From an uncultured Actinomycetota bacterium (GTDB taxonomy: Bacteria > Actinomycetota > Actinomycetes > Streptosporangiales > Streptosporangiaceae), in NCBI GenBank assembly GCA_963771985.1, contig CAVYVO010000032.1, forward strand, positions 5,019 to 69,018: a stretch of DNA of 64,000 nt, in the 5' to 3' direction. The position numbers and the translations under genes were made by a program. The notes below the pieces were generated by a model. That model saw nothing but the letters and a program-made list of their open reading frames with translations. It was not told where the DNA came from and did not search any database. Shown here piece by piece: positions 1 to 8,912 of the stretch (position 1 is the first letter of the stretch; each line of letters begins with the position of its first letter).

Positions 1-113
1 GGAAACCGTGCCCGCATGTCAAACCGGGCACCAAGTGCAGGACTGGGCGCACTAGCCCGAACAACGCCTCATGGCATCACGACGGCATAAACCTCAAACT
101 CGCCGGGGCCGTG
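1..113 (+). mobile_element. Right end of an ISAs1-like IS (3' tail plus terminal IR) abutting the truncated transposase
   Basis: 96-113 AAACTCGCCGGGGCCGTG resembles actinobacterial ISAs1 termini (recalled consensus). The adjacent minus-strand ISAs1 transposase loses homology exactly at 113/114. Confidence 0.5.
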
Positions 114-441
114 GCACGTTCCGTATTGTCGACTCGCTGGGGTTCTTGTAGCGGAGCCTGAACCAGTTCCATTCAGCACCCATCTTCTTCAGCAGGTGCT
201 GGGGAATGTCTGCCGCGTGGCAGGCGATTTCCCGGTAATTCTTCGCGCCGGCCAGCATCGCCACCACGCAGACCGCCAGTACGAATTCCAGCGCGTGCTG
301 TATCCCCTGCGGGCTGCGCGGGTCCGTGACAGATGCCAGCATGCCGAGCAGGCTCGAGATATCCGCGTCTTCAGCGCTCTCATTCCCGGCAGCGCAGGCA
401 TCAGGACTTGACGGGCCGCAGGCGGAATGACAGGATGACAC
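114..441 (-). pseudogene. ISAs1-family transposase, N-terminal (DDE_Tnp_1-associated) fragment
   Basis: LASVTDPRSPQGIQHALEFVLAVCVVAMLAGAKNYREIA...PSESTIRNV is the typical ISAs1 N-terminus; no DDE core follows. An upstream 13-bp-arm hairpin GATGGCCTTCTCT...AGAGAAGGCCATC lies at about 444-510. Confidence 0.85.
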
Positions 442-643
442 AGGATGGCCTTCTCTCGGGAGTGGTGTTTGCGTGGTAACAACCATCATTCCGGAAAAGA
501 GAAGGCCATCTTCTTGTAATTTTGAAAGCGTGACGGGAATTAATTCATAGAACGGTGCGTGCCGCCGCACATCAGGCTCCCCGGGCCAAGCGGTTGCTCA
601 TCGTAACCATGCGGCTTCTGTTAGCGATCTTGGAATCGCCCTG

Positions 644-1410
644 CCTAAGCCGTGAGTCGGCTCGCTTCGCTGAGGCGATCGCGGCCGCTCCGCCTGCGGC
701 TCCGGTACCGCCTTGCCCGGGGTGGACGGCAGATGACCTGCTGTGGCATCTCGGATGGGTGCAGCGGTGGTGGGCTACAATCGTACGCGATGACCTGACA
801 GGTCCTGATGCGAGGCTGCTCATGCCGGAACGTCCGGCCGGCCGGCCCGGATTGCTGGAGTTCTACCAGCGGGCGAGCCGGGACTTGCAGCAGGTCCTGG
901 GTGCCATGAGCGCGGATGCCCCGGCATGGACATGGTTCTGATGACCACACCGTCGGCTTCATCCGGCGCAAGCAGGCTCACGAGGCGCTGATTCACCGGA
1001 TCGACGCCGAGGTGACCGCGGGCGACCGCACCCCGATGGACCCCTGGCTGAGTGCCGACGGGGTAGATGAGGTGCTTCGCGTGATGTACAGCGGAGTCCC
1101 GGACTGGGGAAGCTTTGCCAGCGATGAATCGAAGGTGCTGCGGCTCCGGGCCGCCGATACCGGCGACAGCTGGCTGATCACGCTGGGCCGGTTCACCGGG
1201 ACGGACCCGGAGGGCACCTCTTACGACGAGCCGGACTTCAGCGTTGCCGATGGCGATTCCGGGGCGCCCGCATCGGCGTTCATCAGCGGCACCGCCGCCG
1301 ATCTCGACTGCTGGCTTTGGCACCGTCCGCCAACTGGAGCGATCGATCAGTCAGGCGACAGCGATGTGCTATCCGAGTTCACGGCGGCGATCGCGTCGGG
1401 CATTGACTGA
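644..1410 (+). pseudogene. Mycothiol-dependent maleylpyruvate isomerase (MDMPI)-family protein, frameshifted at ~936 and probably 5'-truncated
   Basis: ESARFAEA..VPPCPGWTADDLLWHLG..AWTW (ORF 555-941) continues as DHTVGFIRRKQAHEALIHRIDAE..DGVDEVL (ORF 916-1410) after one extra T. An ISAs1-like end (GATCTTGGAATCGCCCTG, 626-643) sits where the start codon would be expected. Confidence 0.8.
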
Positions 1411-1520
1411 CCAGGGCGGCCAGTCAGCACGAGAGAGGCTCCAAATATATGCAGATCCCCCCGATGCGCATCCCTGTGTTTGTTTCGTCGCCGAGCCCGA
1501 CAACCTGAACCCGTCCCAAG

Positions 1521-3154
1521 ACTTGCGTTTTAACCTTTCGCGTGGCTTCAGGCGGCTTTCTTGAGGACGGGGTACCTGGTTGCGGGGGTGCTCTTGCGGC
1601 CTTTGGGCCGTCCGGGGCCTGGCCTGGAGGGTTTTGGTGGCCTGGCGGGCGTGCCGGCAAGCGCGGCCAGGCGGCTGAAATCCCTGCGGACCCGGCCGGG
1701 GCTGAGCTTTCCCTGCGGGCGGCGGCGTTCCCAGCGCTGGCGGTGGTCTTCGGCGATAGGGCGGGCGAGGCGGAGCTGGGTGATGGCGCAGAGGATCAGC
1801 CAGGTCCAGCGGGAGGCCTGCTCCGGGTGGCGCAGGCGGGCCTTGTCCCAGCCGAGCTGGGTCTTGGCGAACCGCCAGGTGTGCTCGATGTCGAAACCGG
1901 TGGATGTAGGCCCGCCAGATCAGGTCAAGGTCCGGGAGGCCAGGGCCGGCCCACCACAGCCACAGCGGGCCCGGGACCCTCCGGCCGTTCGGAAGCCGGG
2001 TGACGGTGACCCGGATGAGGTGGCAGCGGATGACGGGCGGCTTCGCAAAGCCGGCGAACCGGCCGCGGCAGAACAGCTTCGGGTGCAGTCCTGCCCACGA
2101 CCTCACGCTGACGCGGCCGTACCTGTCATCGTCCAGCCCGAGCTCCTGGTCCGGGGGTCCCCAGGTGGCCGGGTGCGCGCACTCGAACCGGCCGTTCTCG
2201 CGGGCGCCGTGGATGCGGGGCCGGCCGGTACTGCCCGGGATGCGGGGCGGCGGGTCGCGGTACAGGACCCGGTCATCGCGGACGCGGACCAGGACCTGCA
2301 CCTCCTCCAGGTGCTCGCGCAGGTCCCAGGTCAGCGGGGCCTCGTCGTACCCGCCGTCGAATGCATACAGCGGGATCCGCGCCTCCCCGTCCGCCCGCAG
2401 CCGCGCGGCGTGCGCGATCACCTGCTGCGCGGCCTCGCGGGTCGCGCAGCCGCGCCCGGCCCGGACCCGGGCCTGGTCCTGCGGCGCGGTCCAGGAATCC
2501 GGCGCGAAGGACAGCTGGGACAGCCACTGGAACGCCCACCCAGCCACTACCGCGTCCCCGCCACCGTCACGGTGGTGCCGGGCGTGGCGCCCCGGACAGG
2601 AATGATGGTGCCATTCCCTGTCCGGGCTGGTCACCGCCGTCGGCCGCGGGAACGTCGAGGCATCGACGGCGAACACCGCCGGCCAGTCCCGCGGCCGCGC
2701 CGCGACCAGCAGGTCCCGCAGCGCCTCCTCATCGATCCGCCCCCTGGCCAGCGCCTGGTAGATCATGCCGTGCCCGCGGCGGAAGGCCGGCTCCAGGCTC
2801 AGGTACGGCAGCGACGCCACCGGCCCGGGCGCTGTCAGCACCGAGTCCCCTAGCTCCGCCAGCGCGTCCGGGCACCGCCACAGGCACGCGTACACATCCT
2901 TCCGGAATCCCGCCAGCGCGTCCCCTCCCGCCAGGCCCTCCTGGCGCGGCCCGCGCAGCGGCGTCATACTGACACTGGTACACACGGCCGCTGTCCTCTC
3001 TCCGGGTAACATTCCTAACCCGAATATGCAGCGGCCGTTTACGCGCTGTCATCAGCCATTATGCGCCCATCACGCCAGCAACGCCCGGCACAGGACCCAC
3101 GCCGCCGAACATCCTGTATCCGCCCCATCGGGAAAATCAGGTTAAAACGCAAGC
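1521..3154 (-). mobile_element. IS701-like insertion sequence (NF041680-type transposase)
   Basis: Perfect 15-bp IRs CTTGCGTTTTAACCT (1522-1536) and AGGTTAAAACGCAAG (3139-3153). 4-bp direct repeat CAAG at 1517-1520 and 3155-3158. Confidence 0.85.
1548..2967 (-). CDS. IS701-like DDE transposase, frameshifted at ~1895
   Basis: Motifs LSLEPAFRRGHGMIYQALARGRID, AVDASTFPRP, FDGGYD and LWLWW. After one extra T it continues RFDIEHTWRFAKTQLGW...PGPGRPKG...KKAA* (TGA 1548-1550). Confidence 0.85.
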
Positions 3155-3599
3155 CAAGAGGCCAGCGCTAAAATCATATACAATTTGGTTCAGCGCTATA
3201 GGCTCGAATGGCGCGCGCTCGGGCGAAGCGACTACCCGAATGACATGCCGCTGAAAGAGGTTCTGCGAATGGTGCGGCACTGCTCCGGCGGCATAATCCT
3301 CGGTTTCGAACAGTTCATGGCGCCGGCCGGCGAGTTCCGGATTGGCAGCCCGAATGCCAGACCAGCGGCCAACGTGTCTTCCCCGACCCCATGGAACCAA
3401 CTCGAGGCAGGGATCCTGTTCAGCGCCGGATTGCCTATGATGATCTTCAGGGAACCAAACATCCAAGGAGGTGTCTTCGACGCTGGCAGCCATGAGGTCT
3501 TTATCCACCAGATACCAACGAGCACGATGTCAGCGCGGGCGCGCGACGAGCTTGACTCGGTCTTTCAGAAATGGGCGGGCAGGGTACAGGCACACTACT

Positions 3600-3917
3600 A
3601 TGGTGAGTGACTACAGGCCGGAGCCGATACCCACAGAGCATATCGCGCTCAGCGGCGAGATCCTCGAGTTGGTGGAACTGCTTGCCCAGAACGCTCACGA
3701 CATCTGGGCTTCAGAACGTCTGCGGGACGGTTGGACATTCGGACCAGCCAGAGACGATACCAAGCGTGAGCATCCATGCCTCGTGCCATATGCGCAGCTT
3801 TCGGAGCGGGAACGGGATTACGATCGCACAATGGTCATCGGGTCGATCCGGGCGATACTTGCGTTCGGCTTCACCATCTCCCGTCCCCGTAGCGGCGCCG
3901 ACCCCAATGCCGTTTAG
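3600..3917 (+). CDS. Stand-alone RyR-domain protein
   Basis: ELLAQNAHDIWASERLRDGWTFGPARDDTKREHPCLVPYAQLSERERDYDR is the RyR repeat signature. The start overlaps the stop of the TIR-like gene. Confidence 0.9.
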   Translation: MVSDYRPEPIPTEHIALSGEILELVELLAQNAHDIWASERLRDGWTFGPARDDTKREHPCLVPYAQLSERERDYDRTMVIGSIRAILAFGFTISRPRSGADPNAV

Positions 3918-3969
3918 CGGACCCGACTCCTGGAGGGTTCGGGCACTACTCCGACCCGGACCTGCGGCG

Positions 3970-4020
3970 GGTCGATTGCGCAATCGACCACACTAGAGCA
4001 GGTCGATTGCGCGATCGGCC
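3970..4020. repeat. REP/BIME-like paired palindrome, copy 1
   Basis: GGTCGATTGCGCAATCGACC (perfect 20-bp palindrome), linker ACACTAGAGCA, then a degenerate second palindrome. Confidence 0.8.
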
Positions 4021-4106
4021 TGGGACAATCCCGGCTGTTCGGCCCGTGTCTTCGATTGACCGGCCGGGGTCAGCGCTGGGCCGCCTTATCCGGCCCGATC
4101 AGGTGA

Positions 4107-4565
4107 TCAGAGATTGCGGGCGCCTGGCCCGTCGGCGCCCAGGGCGTCGTCCGGGTTCACGAGCCGGCAGACGCGCAGCGACAGGCAGCCGCAGCCGATG
4201 CAGCCGGTGAGGCGATCGCGCAGCCGCTGGAGCTGGCTGATCCGCTCGTCGAGATCAGCACGCCACTGCGCGGACAGGCGCGCCCAGTCGTCGACGGTGG
4301 GCGTCCGGTTCGCCGGCAGCCCGGCGAGGGCGTCGGCGATCCGGCTCAGCGGGATGCCGACCCGCTGCGAAGCGCGGATGAACGCCACCCGGCGCAGCGT
4401 CGCGCGCGGGTAACGTCGCTGGTTCCCCGCGGTGCGCCGCGCCGAGATCAGGCCTTGCTCCTCGTAGAAGCGCAGCGCCGAGACCGCGACGCCGCTGCGC
4501 GCGGCCAGCTGCCCCACGGTCAGCTCACTGGCGTGGGGCGGGGCGGGGCTCTGACTGGCTGCCAT
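4107..4565 (-). CDS. soxR: Redox-sensitive transcriptional activator SoxR
   Basis: MerR HTH LTVGQLAARSGVAVSALRFYE, RTAGNQRRY, and [2Fe-2S] motif CIGCGCLSLRVC. Confidence 0.95.
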   Translation of the reverse strand: MAASQSPAPPHASELTVGQLAARSGVAVSALRFYEEQGLISARRTAGNQRRYPRATLRRVAFIRASQRVGIPLSRIADALAGLPANRTPTVDDWARLSAQWRADLDERISQLQRLRDRLTGCIGCGCLSLRVCRLVNPDDALGADGPGARNL

Positions 4566-4595
4566 TGACCTCAACCATACTTGAGGTTCTACCGT
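4565..4595 (+). promoter_or_regulatory. SoxR-activated promoter with SoxR box
   Basis: -35 TTGACC (4565-4570), 19-bp spacer, -10 TACCGT (4590-4595). Dyad CCTCAACCATACTTGAGG (4569-4586) matches the E. coli SoxR box CCTCAAGTTAACTTGAGG. Confidence 0.9.
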
Positions 4596-4602
4596 CGCAG
4601 GT

Positions 4603-5058
4603 ATGACATTCACCGAGGCAGAACAGCGTTTCCTCGCCGCGCAGCGGCACGGGCGGCTGGCCACCATAGCCCCCGACGGCACCCCCCAGGTCAAGCCCGT
4701 CGGCTTCAGCTACAACCACGAGCTCGGCACCATCGACATCGCCGGGATGAACATGGCGCGGAGCGCCAAATACAAGAACGTCCAGTCCAACCCGAACGTG
4801 GCCTTCGTGGCTGACGATGTGCCCGCGCCGGAGCACGGGGCGGCCGGCGTCCGGTTCCTTGAGATCCGCGGCGCCGCCGAGACCGTCACGGCGCCGCCCG
4901 GCACCGGCCAGCCCTGGACCGACGGCCACTTGGCGCCGGAGATCATCCGGATCCACCCGCGGCGTGTCCTCGCCTTCAACGTCGACCCGGACCGCCCCGG
5001 GCTGCAGGCCCGCGACGTCGGGGGAGACGTCGTCTACAGCGCGCGGTGGCCGGAATGA
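4603..5058 (+). CDS. PPOX-class F420-dependent oxidoreductase (MSMEG_5819-like)
   Basis: FLAAQRHGRLATIAPDGTPQVKPVGF..IDIAG..SAKYKNVQSNPNVAFVADD..FLEIRG..IIRIHPRRV. Confidence 0.85.
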   Translation: MTFTEAEQRFLAAQRHGRLATIAPDGTPQVKPVGFSYNHELGTIDIAGMNMARSAKYKNVQSNPNVAFVADDVPAPEHGAAGVRFLEIRGAAETVTAPPGTGQPWTDGHLAPEIIRIHPRRVLAFNVDPDRPGLQARDVGGDVVYSARWPE

Positions 5059-6069
5059 GCATGATGGCGATCGAGGCGCGGGAGTTCGGCGGCCCGGAGG
5101 TGCTGACGCCGGTCTCGCTTCCGGCCCCCGTGCCCGGCCCGGGCGAGGCCGTCATCGCCGTGTCCGCCGCGGACGTCCTGTTCCTCGACACGATGATCCG
5201 CTCAGGCCTCGCCCGCGGCGCGTTCCCGCAGCGCCCGCCCTACATCCCCGGCAACGGTGTCGCGGGCCGCGTGGCCGCGGTCGGTGACGGCGCCGACCCC
5301 GCATGGACCGGCCGGCTGGTCGTCGCGCGGACCGGACCGCACGGGGGTTCAGGCGGTTATTCTGAACGTACCCTCGTTCCTGCCAGCCATCTCGTGGCTG
5401 TCCCGGAAGAGGTGGACCCGCGCGCAGCGGCGGCCCTGATGCACGACGGTGCTACCGCCCTCGGGCTGCTCGCGGGGACCCCTGTCAAGCCCGGCGAAAC
5501 GGTGCTCGTGGTCGGCGCGGCGGGCGGCATGGCCCTGCTGCTCGCGCAGCTGGCCCGCGCCGCAGGCGCGCGGGTGATCGGCGCCGCGCGGCTGGCCGGC
5601 GCGCCGCGGCGCGCGGAGAAACTGGACGTGATCCGCCACGTCGGCGCCGAGGCGGTGGTGGACTATGGCTCGCCGGACTGGACCGGGCGCGTGGTCGAGG
5701 CTTCCGGCGGCGCCGCCCCGGAACGTGGTCTTCGACGGAGTGGGCGGCTCGCTCGGCGAGGCCGCGTTCGGGATCGTGGCCGACGGCGGGCGGTTCTCCG
5801 CGCACGGCGCGCCGGGGGGCGGGTTCGCCCCGGTTTCCGCGCGGGAAGCAGCGGAACGCGGCGTTACCGTGCGGGGCATCGAGCAGGTGCAGTACCCGCC
5901 CGGCCGGCACGAGGAACTCATCGGGGACGTGCTCGCCGAAGCAGCCGCCGGCCGCCTGCGGCCCGTCATCGGCCAGGTGTTCCCGCTGGAACGGGCGGCG
6001 GACGCGCATGCGACGCTGGCCGCCCGGTCGGCCATCGGGAAGACCCTGCTGGCTGGTTTAGACGGTTAA
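5055..6069 (+). CDS. NADPH:quinone reductase (MDR/zinc-binding dehydrogenase family), frameshifted at ~5722
   Basis: EFGGPEVL, PYIPGNGVAG, VLVVGAAGG. The C-terminal VVFDGVGG..FPLERAADAH..GKTLL is in another frame after one extra A. ATGA overlap with the upstream gene. Confidence 0.85.
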
Positions 6070-6130
6070 ACCGGAACCGTCCGTGGCGGGTGATTCTGAA
6101 AGGGCCGAGGTGCCAGGCATCATGAGGCAC

Positions 6131-6526
6131 GTGACCGACCGTGCGATGGTGAGACAGTGGCTGGCGGGATATGAGGCCGCCTGGCGGGCGCCGGGCACCG
6201 AGGGCCTCGCTGGCCTGTTCACCGGCGATGCCAGCTATCTGCAGTCTCCCTACGAGCAGCCCGTGACCGGACTGGACGCGATCCGGCGAATGTGGGAGGC
6301 CGAGCGACAGGGCCCGGGCGAAATCTTCACCCTGGTCACCGACATCCTCGCGGTCGACGGTCCGGTGGCGGTGGTCCGGGCCGAAGTCCGCTACGGTGAA
6401 CCGCCCCGCCAGGAATACCGCGATCTATGGGTCATCCGACTCGGCGATGACGGCCTGTGCACCTGGTTTGAGGAATGGCCCTATTGGCCCGAGCGCCCTT
6501 ATGCCGCAGATAACGGCCCGGCTTAG
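6131..6526 (+). CDS. NTF2/SnoaL-like family protein
   Basis: WLAGYEAAWR..LAGLFTGDASY..PYEQPVTGLDAIRRMW..YRDLWVIRL..FEEWP. Confidence 0.85.
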   Translation: MTDRAMVRQWLAGYEAAWRAPGTEGLAGLFTGDASYLQSPYEQPVTGLDAIRRMWEAERQGPGEIFTLVTDILAVDGPVAVVRAEVRYGEPPRQEYRDLWVIRLGDDGLCTWFEEWPYWPERPYAADNGPA

Positions 6527-6745
6527 CACGGCCGCCGCCAATTGACCCTTGACGTGCGGTTATACCGCCGTAGCAGGAGCCGCATACGTCACGATGAACC
6601 CTGCTCTGGCCTCGGCCCGCCTCCGCGGGCCGATCCGTGCGGGCGGAAAAAGCCTCCGCGGAGAGGGATTCCGCGCGAACCGCCGGGATTGTCTCACGAT
6701 GCGGACTCTGTCTCGCAATCTGAGACAAATTCCCGTCGGCCGGCG

Positions 6746-6796
6746 GGTCGACTGCGCAATCGACCCGCTCTAGTGTGGTCGATCGCGCAATCGACC
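6746..6796. repeat. REP/BIME-like paired palindrome, copy 2 (inverted)
   Basis: GGTCGACTGCGCAATCGACC-CGCTCTAGTGT-GGTCGATCGCGCAATCGACC, the reverse complement of the copy 1/copy 4 layout. Confidence 0.8.
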
Positions 6797-6846
6797 TGCC
6801 ACAGGTCCGGGCCGGCGCAGTGCCCGAGGCCGCTAATGATCGGCGG

Positions 6847-7188
6847 TTACAGGGACTGAATTGTCGGATCCTGGGCCGGAGGCGTGTTCATGGAGTCGTA
6901 GTAGTACTCACCCCGGCCCAGCTGAACGACCCGGTAGCCTCGCTGAGTGACCAGCCTGCGCAGGTGCCGTACGCCGCTCAGGCCTGCGATCACGACGGCC
7001 GCGGCGGCCGCCAGGATCGAGGCGCCGAACAGCGCGAGCCCGCCAACAACGTGTCCAAGCAGCATCATGACCAGGCCGACGAACAGCGCCACTGGCACCG
7101 CCGCCACGAGCAGCACGGCGAGCAGCCCAGCGGCGATCACCGCCTTCGTCGACCAGCGGATCGTCCGGGCCGTGTACCCACCAGCCAT
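6847..7188 (-). CDS. Small hypothetical membrane protein
   Basis: ORF with two long hydrophobic segments, in an otherwise empty space downstream of mftF. Confidence 0.6.
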   Translation of the reverse strand: MAGGYTARTIRWSTKAVIAAGLLAVLLVAAVPVALFVGLVMMLLGHVVGGLALFGASILAAAAAVVIAGLSGVRHLRRLVTQRGYRVVQLGRGEYYYDSMNTPPAQDPTIQSL

Positions 7189-7264
7189 CTCGCACACCCT
7201 TCATAACATTCGGCTACGAGTCAAGATATGTCGCGTTGAGTAGGACTGCAACACGTAATGCGCG

Positions 7265-8869
7265 TCAGCGACGGCCGACGCGCCCGGGGCCTGACCCGAT
7301 GGCCGGCAACAGCGGGCGGATCGTCCGGCGCTCCCAGCACCCCTTCCAGACGCCGATGCTGTAAGCAGCGTCGTCGAGGAGCCGGGCGGCGACGTAGCGC
7401 GCGGGGTCGAGCGGCGGCCTCCGGTCCGCCCAGTCGAGCAGCGGCGGGACAAGGATCAGCGCGGCGACCGGCAGGCGCAGGCGGGGCACGACGACGGCGG
7501 CCGGGATGGCCAGCGGCCACCAGGTCCGCGACAGGGCGCTGCCCAGCGGCCGCCCGGCGGCCAAGGTCCCGCCCCCCGCGAGCCGCACTGCGAGCAGCCA
7601 CGCCGCGGTCCCCCGCCTCTTGCTGTTATCAGGGAGGGTGGGAGCTGTGGCGCCATCAGGGAGGGTGGGAGCTGTGGCGCCATCAGGGAGGGTGGGAGCT
7701 GTGGCGCCATCAGGGACGGTGGGAGCTGTGATGCTATCAGGGACGGTGGGGGTCGTGATGCGGGACAGGCGCCTCGCTAGCAGCGCGGTCGCGGTGCCGG
7801 TGAGCACCGCCGCCGTGGCCGGCCGCCGGGTGAGCGCGGCGGTCCAGGCGCCGACGGTCCACCACGAGGCGTACAGGGGCCGGACGGCGCCGGGGTGAAG
7901 TTGCTCGAGCGCGGCCGCTGACATGCCGTAATCCGCGCGGCGGTAGAACCAGGCACGGAAGCGGACCCGGTGATCGTGGCCCATGACCGCCGCCGGCTCG
8001 TAACGCACCCGCCAGCCCGCGGCGGACATCCGCCATACGAAGTCGACGTCCTCCCCCACGAACATGCCCTCGGCGAACCCCGCCCCGGCCGCCGCCCTGC
8101 GCACGACCAGCGCCGCGCCGGGAACGTAGGAGACCCGCGCGCCAGGCCGGACGATGCTCGGACGCGCCCCCATGTCGAGCGTCGAGCTCGCGCCCTCATA
8201 GCGCGCCAGCCAGCTAGTCCCCCACTCGTGCGGCACGATCCGCGGCGCGACGGCACCGACAGCCGGATCGGCGAAATGCGGCAGCAGCCGCTCCAGCCAC
8301 CCCGGACGAGGCACGCAGTCAGAGTCGAGAAACGCCACCAGCTCGGTCCGCGCCACCGCGAGCCCGCTGTTCCGCGCGGCCCCCGGCCCCCCGTTCACCG
8401 GCCGCCGCACCACCCGCGCCCCGTGCTCCCCCGCGATCGCGGCGATCACCTCCGGCTCGGCCGAACAGTCATCCACGACAACGACCGTGGGGACATCGGT
8501 CAGGCCCGCCAGGCAACGCCTGAGCTCGGCGTGGCGATCCCGCACAGGAATGACCACAGTGACGTGGGCAGGGGTGGGGAGGTCAGCGTGGGTGGGGATG
8601 TGCGTACTGCCGAGGTCGGGGTGAGCGATCCCGGCGTCGAGCAACCGCCGCGCGAGCCTCCGGGCCGCCACGCTCTCGGAGACGGGTGTGCCAGAGAACC
8701 AGCCAGCGACCTGGCCTGCCCCCGCGGGAGTCAGCCGCAGCACGCGGACGGGCGAGCCCCCCACGAGGACTGACCCGCCCGCCGCAAGCCGCGTGCCCGG
8801 ATCCGCGCATACCCGGAACCCAGGGGGAACCGTTTCAGAGAAGGGACGGCGACCATGATCGTGGGTCAT
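7265..8869 (-). CDS. mftF: Mycofactocin biosynthesis glycosyltransferase MftF
   Basis: N-terminal GGSPVRVLRLT..ARRLLDAGIAHP; GT2 motifs VVIPVRD, VVVDD, AFLDSDC, VGEDVD; C-terminal LDDAAYSIGVWKG; cluster context. The start position is uncertain. Confidence 0.92.
   Translation of the reverse strand: MTHDHGRRPFSETVPPGFRVCADPGTRLAAGGSVLVGGSPVRVLRLTPAGAGQVAGWFSGTPVSESVAARRLARRLLDAGIAHPDLGSTHIPTHADLPTPAHVTVVIPVRDRHAELRRCLAGLTDVPTVVVVDDCSAEPEVIAAIAGEHGARVVRRPVNGGPGAARNSGLAVARTELVAFLDSDCVPRPGWLERLLPHFADPAVGAVAPRIVPHEWGTSWLARYEGASSTLDMGARPSIVRPGARVSYVPGAALVVRRAAAGAGFAEGMFVGEDVDFVWRMSAAGWRVRYEPAAVMGHDHRVRFRAWFYRRADYGMSAAALEQLHPGAVRPLYASWWTVGAWTAALTRRPATAAVLTGTATALLARRLSRITTPTVPDSITAPTVPDGATAPTLPDGATAPTLPDGATAPTLPDNSKRRGTAAWLLAVRLAGGGTLAAGRPLGSALSRTWWPLAIPAAVVVPRLRLPVAALILVPPLLDWADRRPPLDPARYVAARLLDDAAYSIGVWKGCWERRTIRPLLPAIGSGPGRVGRR
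7625..7759 (-). repeat. In-frame 27-bp tandem repeat (about 5 units) inside mftF
   Basis: Encodes ITTPTVPDS-ITAPTVPDG-ATAPTLPDG-ATAPTLPDG-ATAPTLPDN. Confidence 0.9.
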
Positions 8870-8906
8870 AGGTGGCGAATAGCGCCGCGAATGACCCACG
8901 ATCATG
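8854..8906. repeat. 16-bp perfect inverted repeat between mftC and mftF
   Basis: CATGATCGTGGGTCAT (8854-8869) and ATGACCCACGATCATG (8891-8906). Confidence 0.85.
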
Positions 8907-8912
8907 AAACTG

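Larger units (their letters stand above)
1464..3610 (+). pseudogene. TIR-like/nucleotide-binding-domain protein split by an IS (parts 1464-1520 and 3159-3610)
   Basis: Removing the IS and one TSD, with a 1-nt correction near 1496, gives MRIPVFVSSPS(P)DNLNPSQEASAKIIYNLVQRYRLEWRALGRSDYP..CSGGIILGF..TPWNQLEAG..LPMMIFRE. This is a TIR/NDT-like strand-helix pattern with a conserved Glu. Confidence 0.65.

Noticed and set aside
7625..7759. Tandem repeats as a CRISPR array
   Set aside because: The units are contiguous, have no spacers, and are in frame within mftF.
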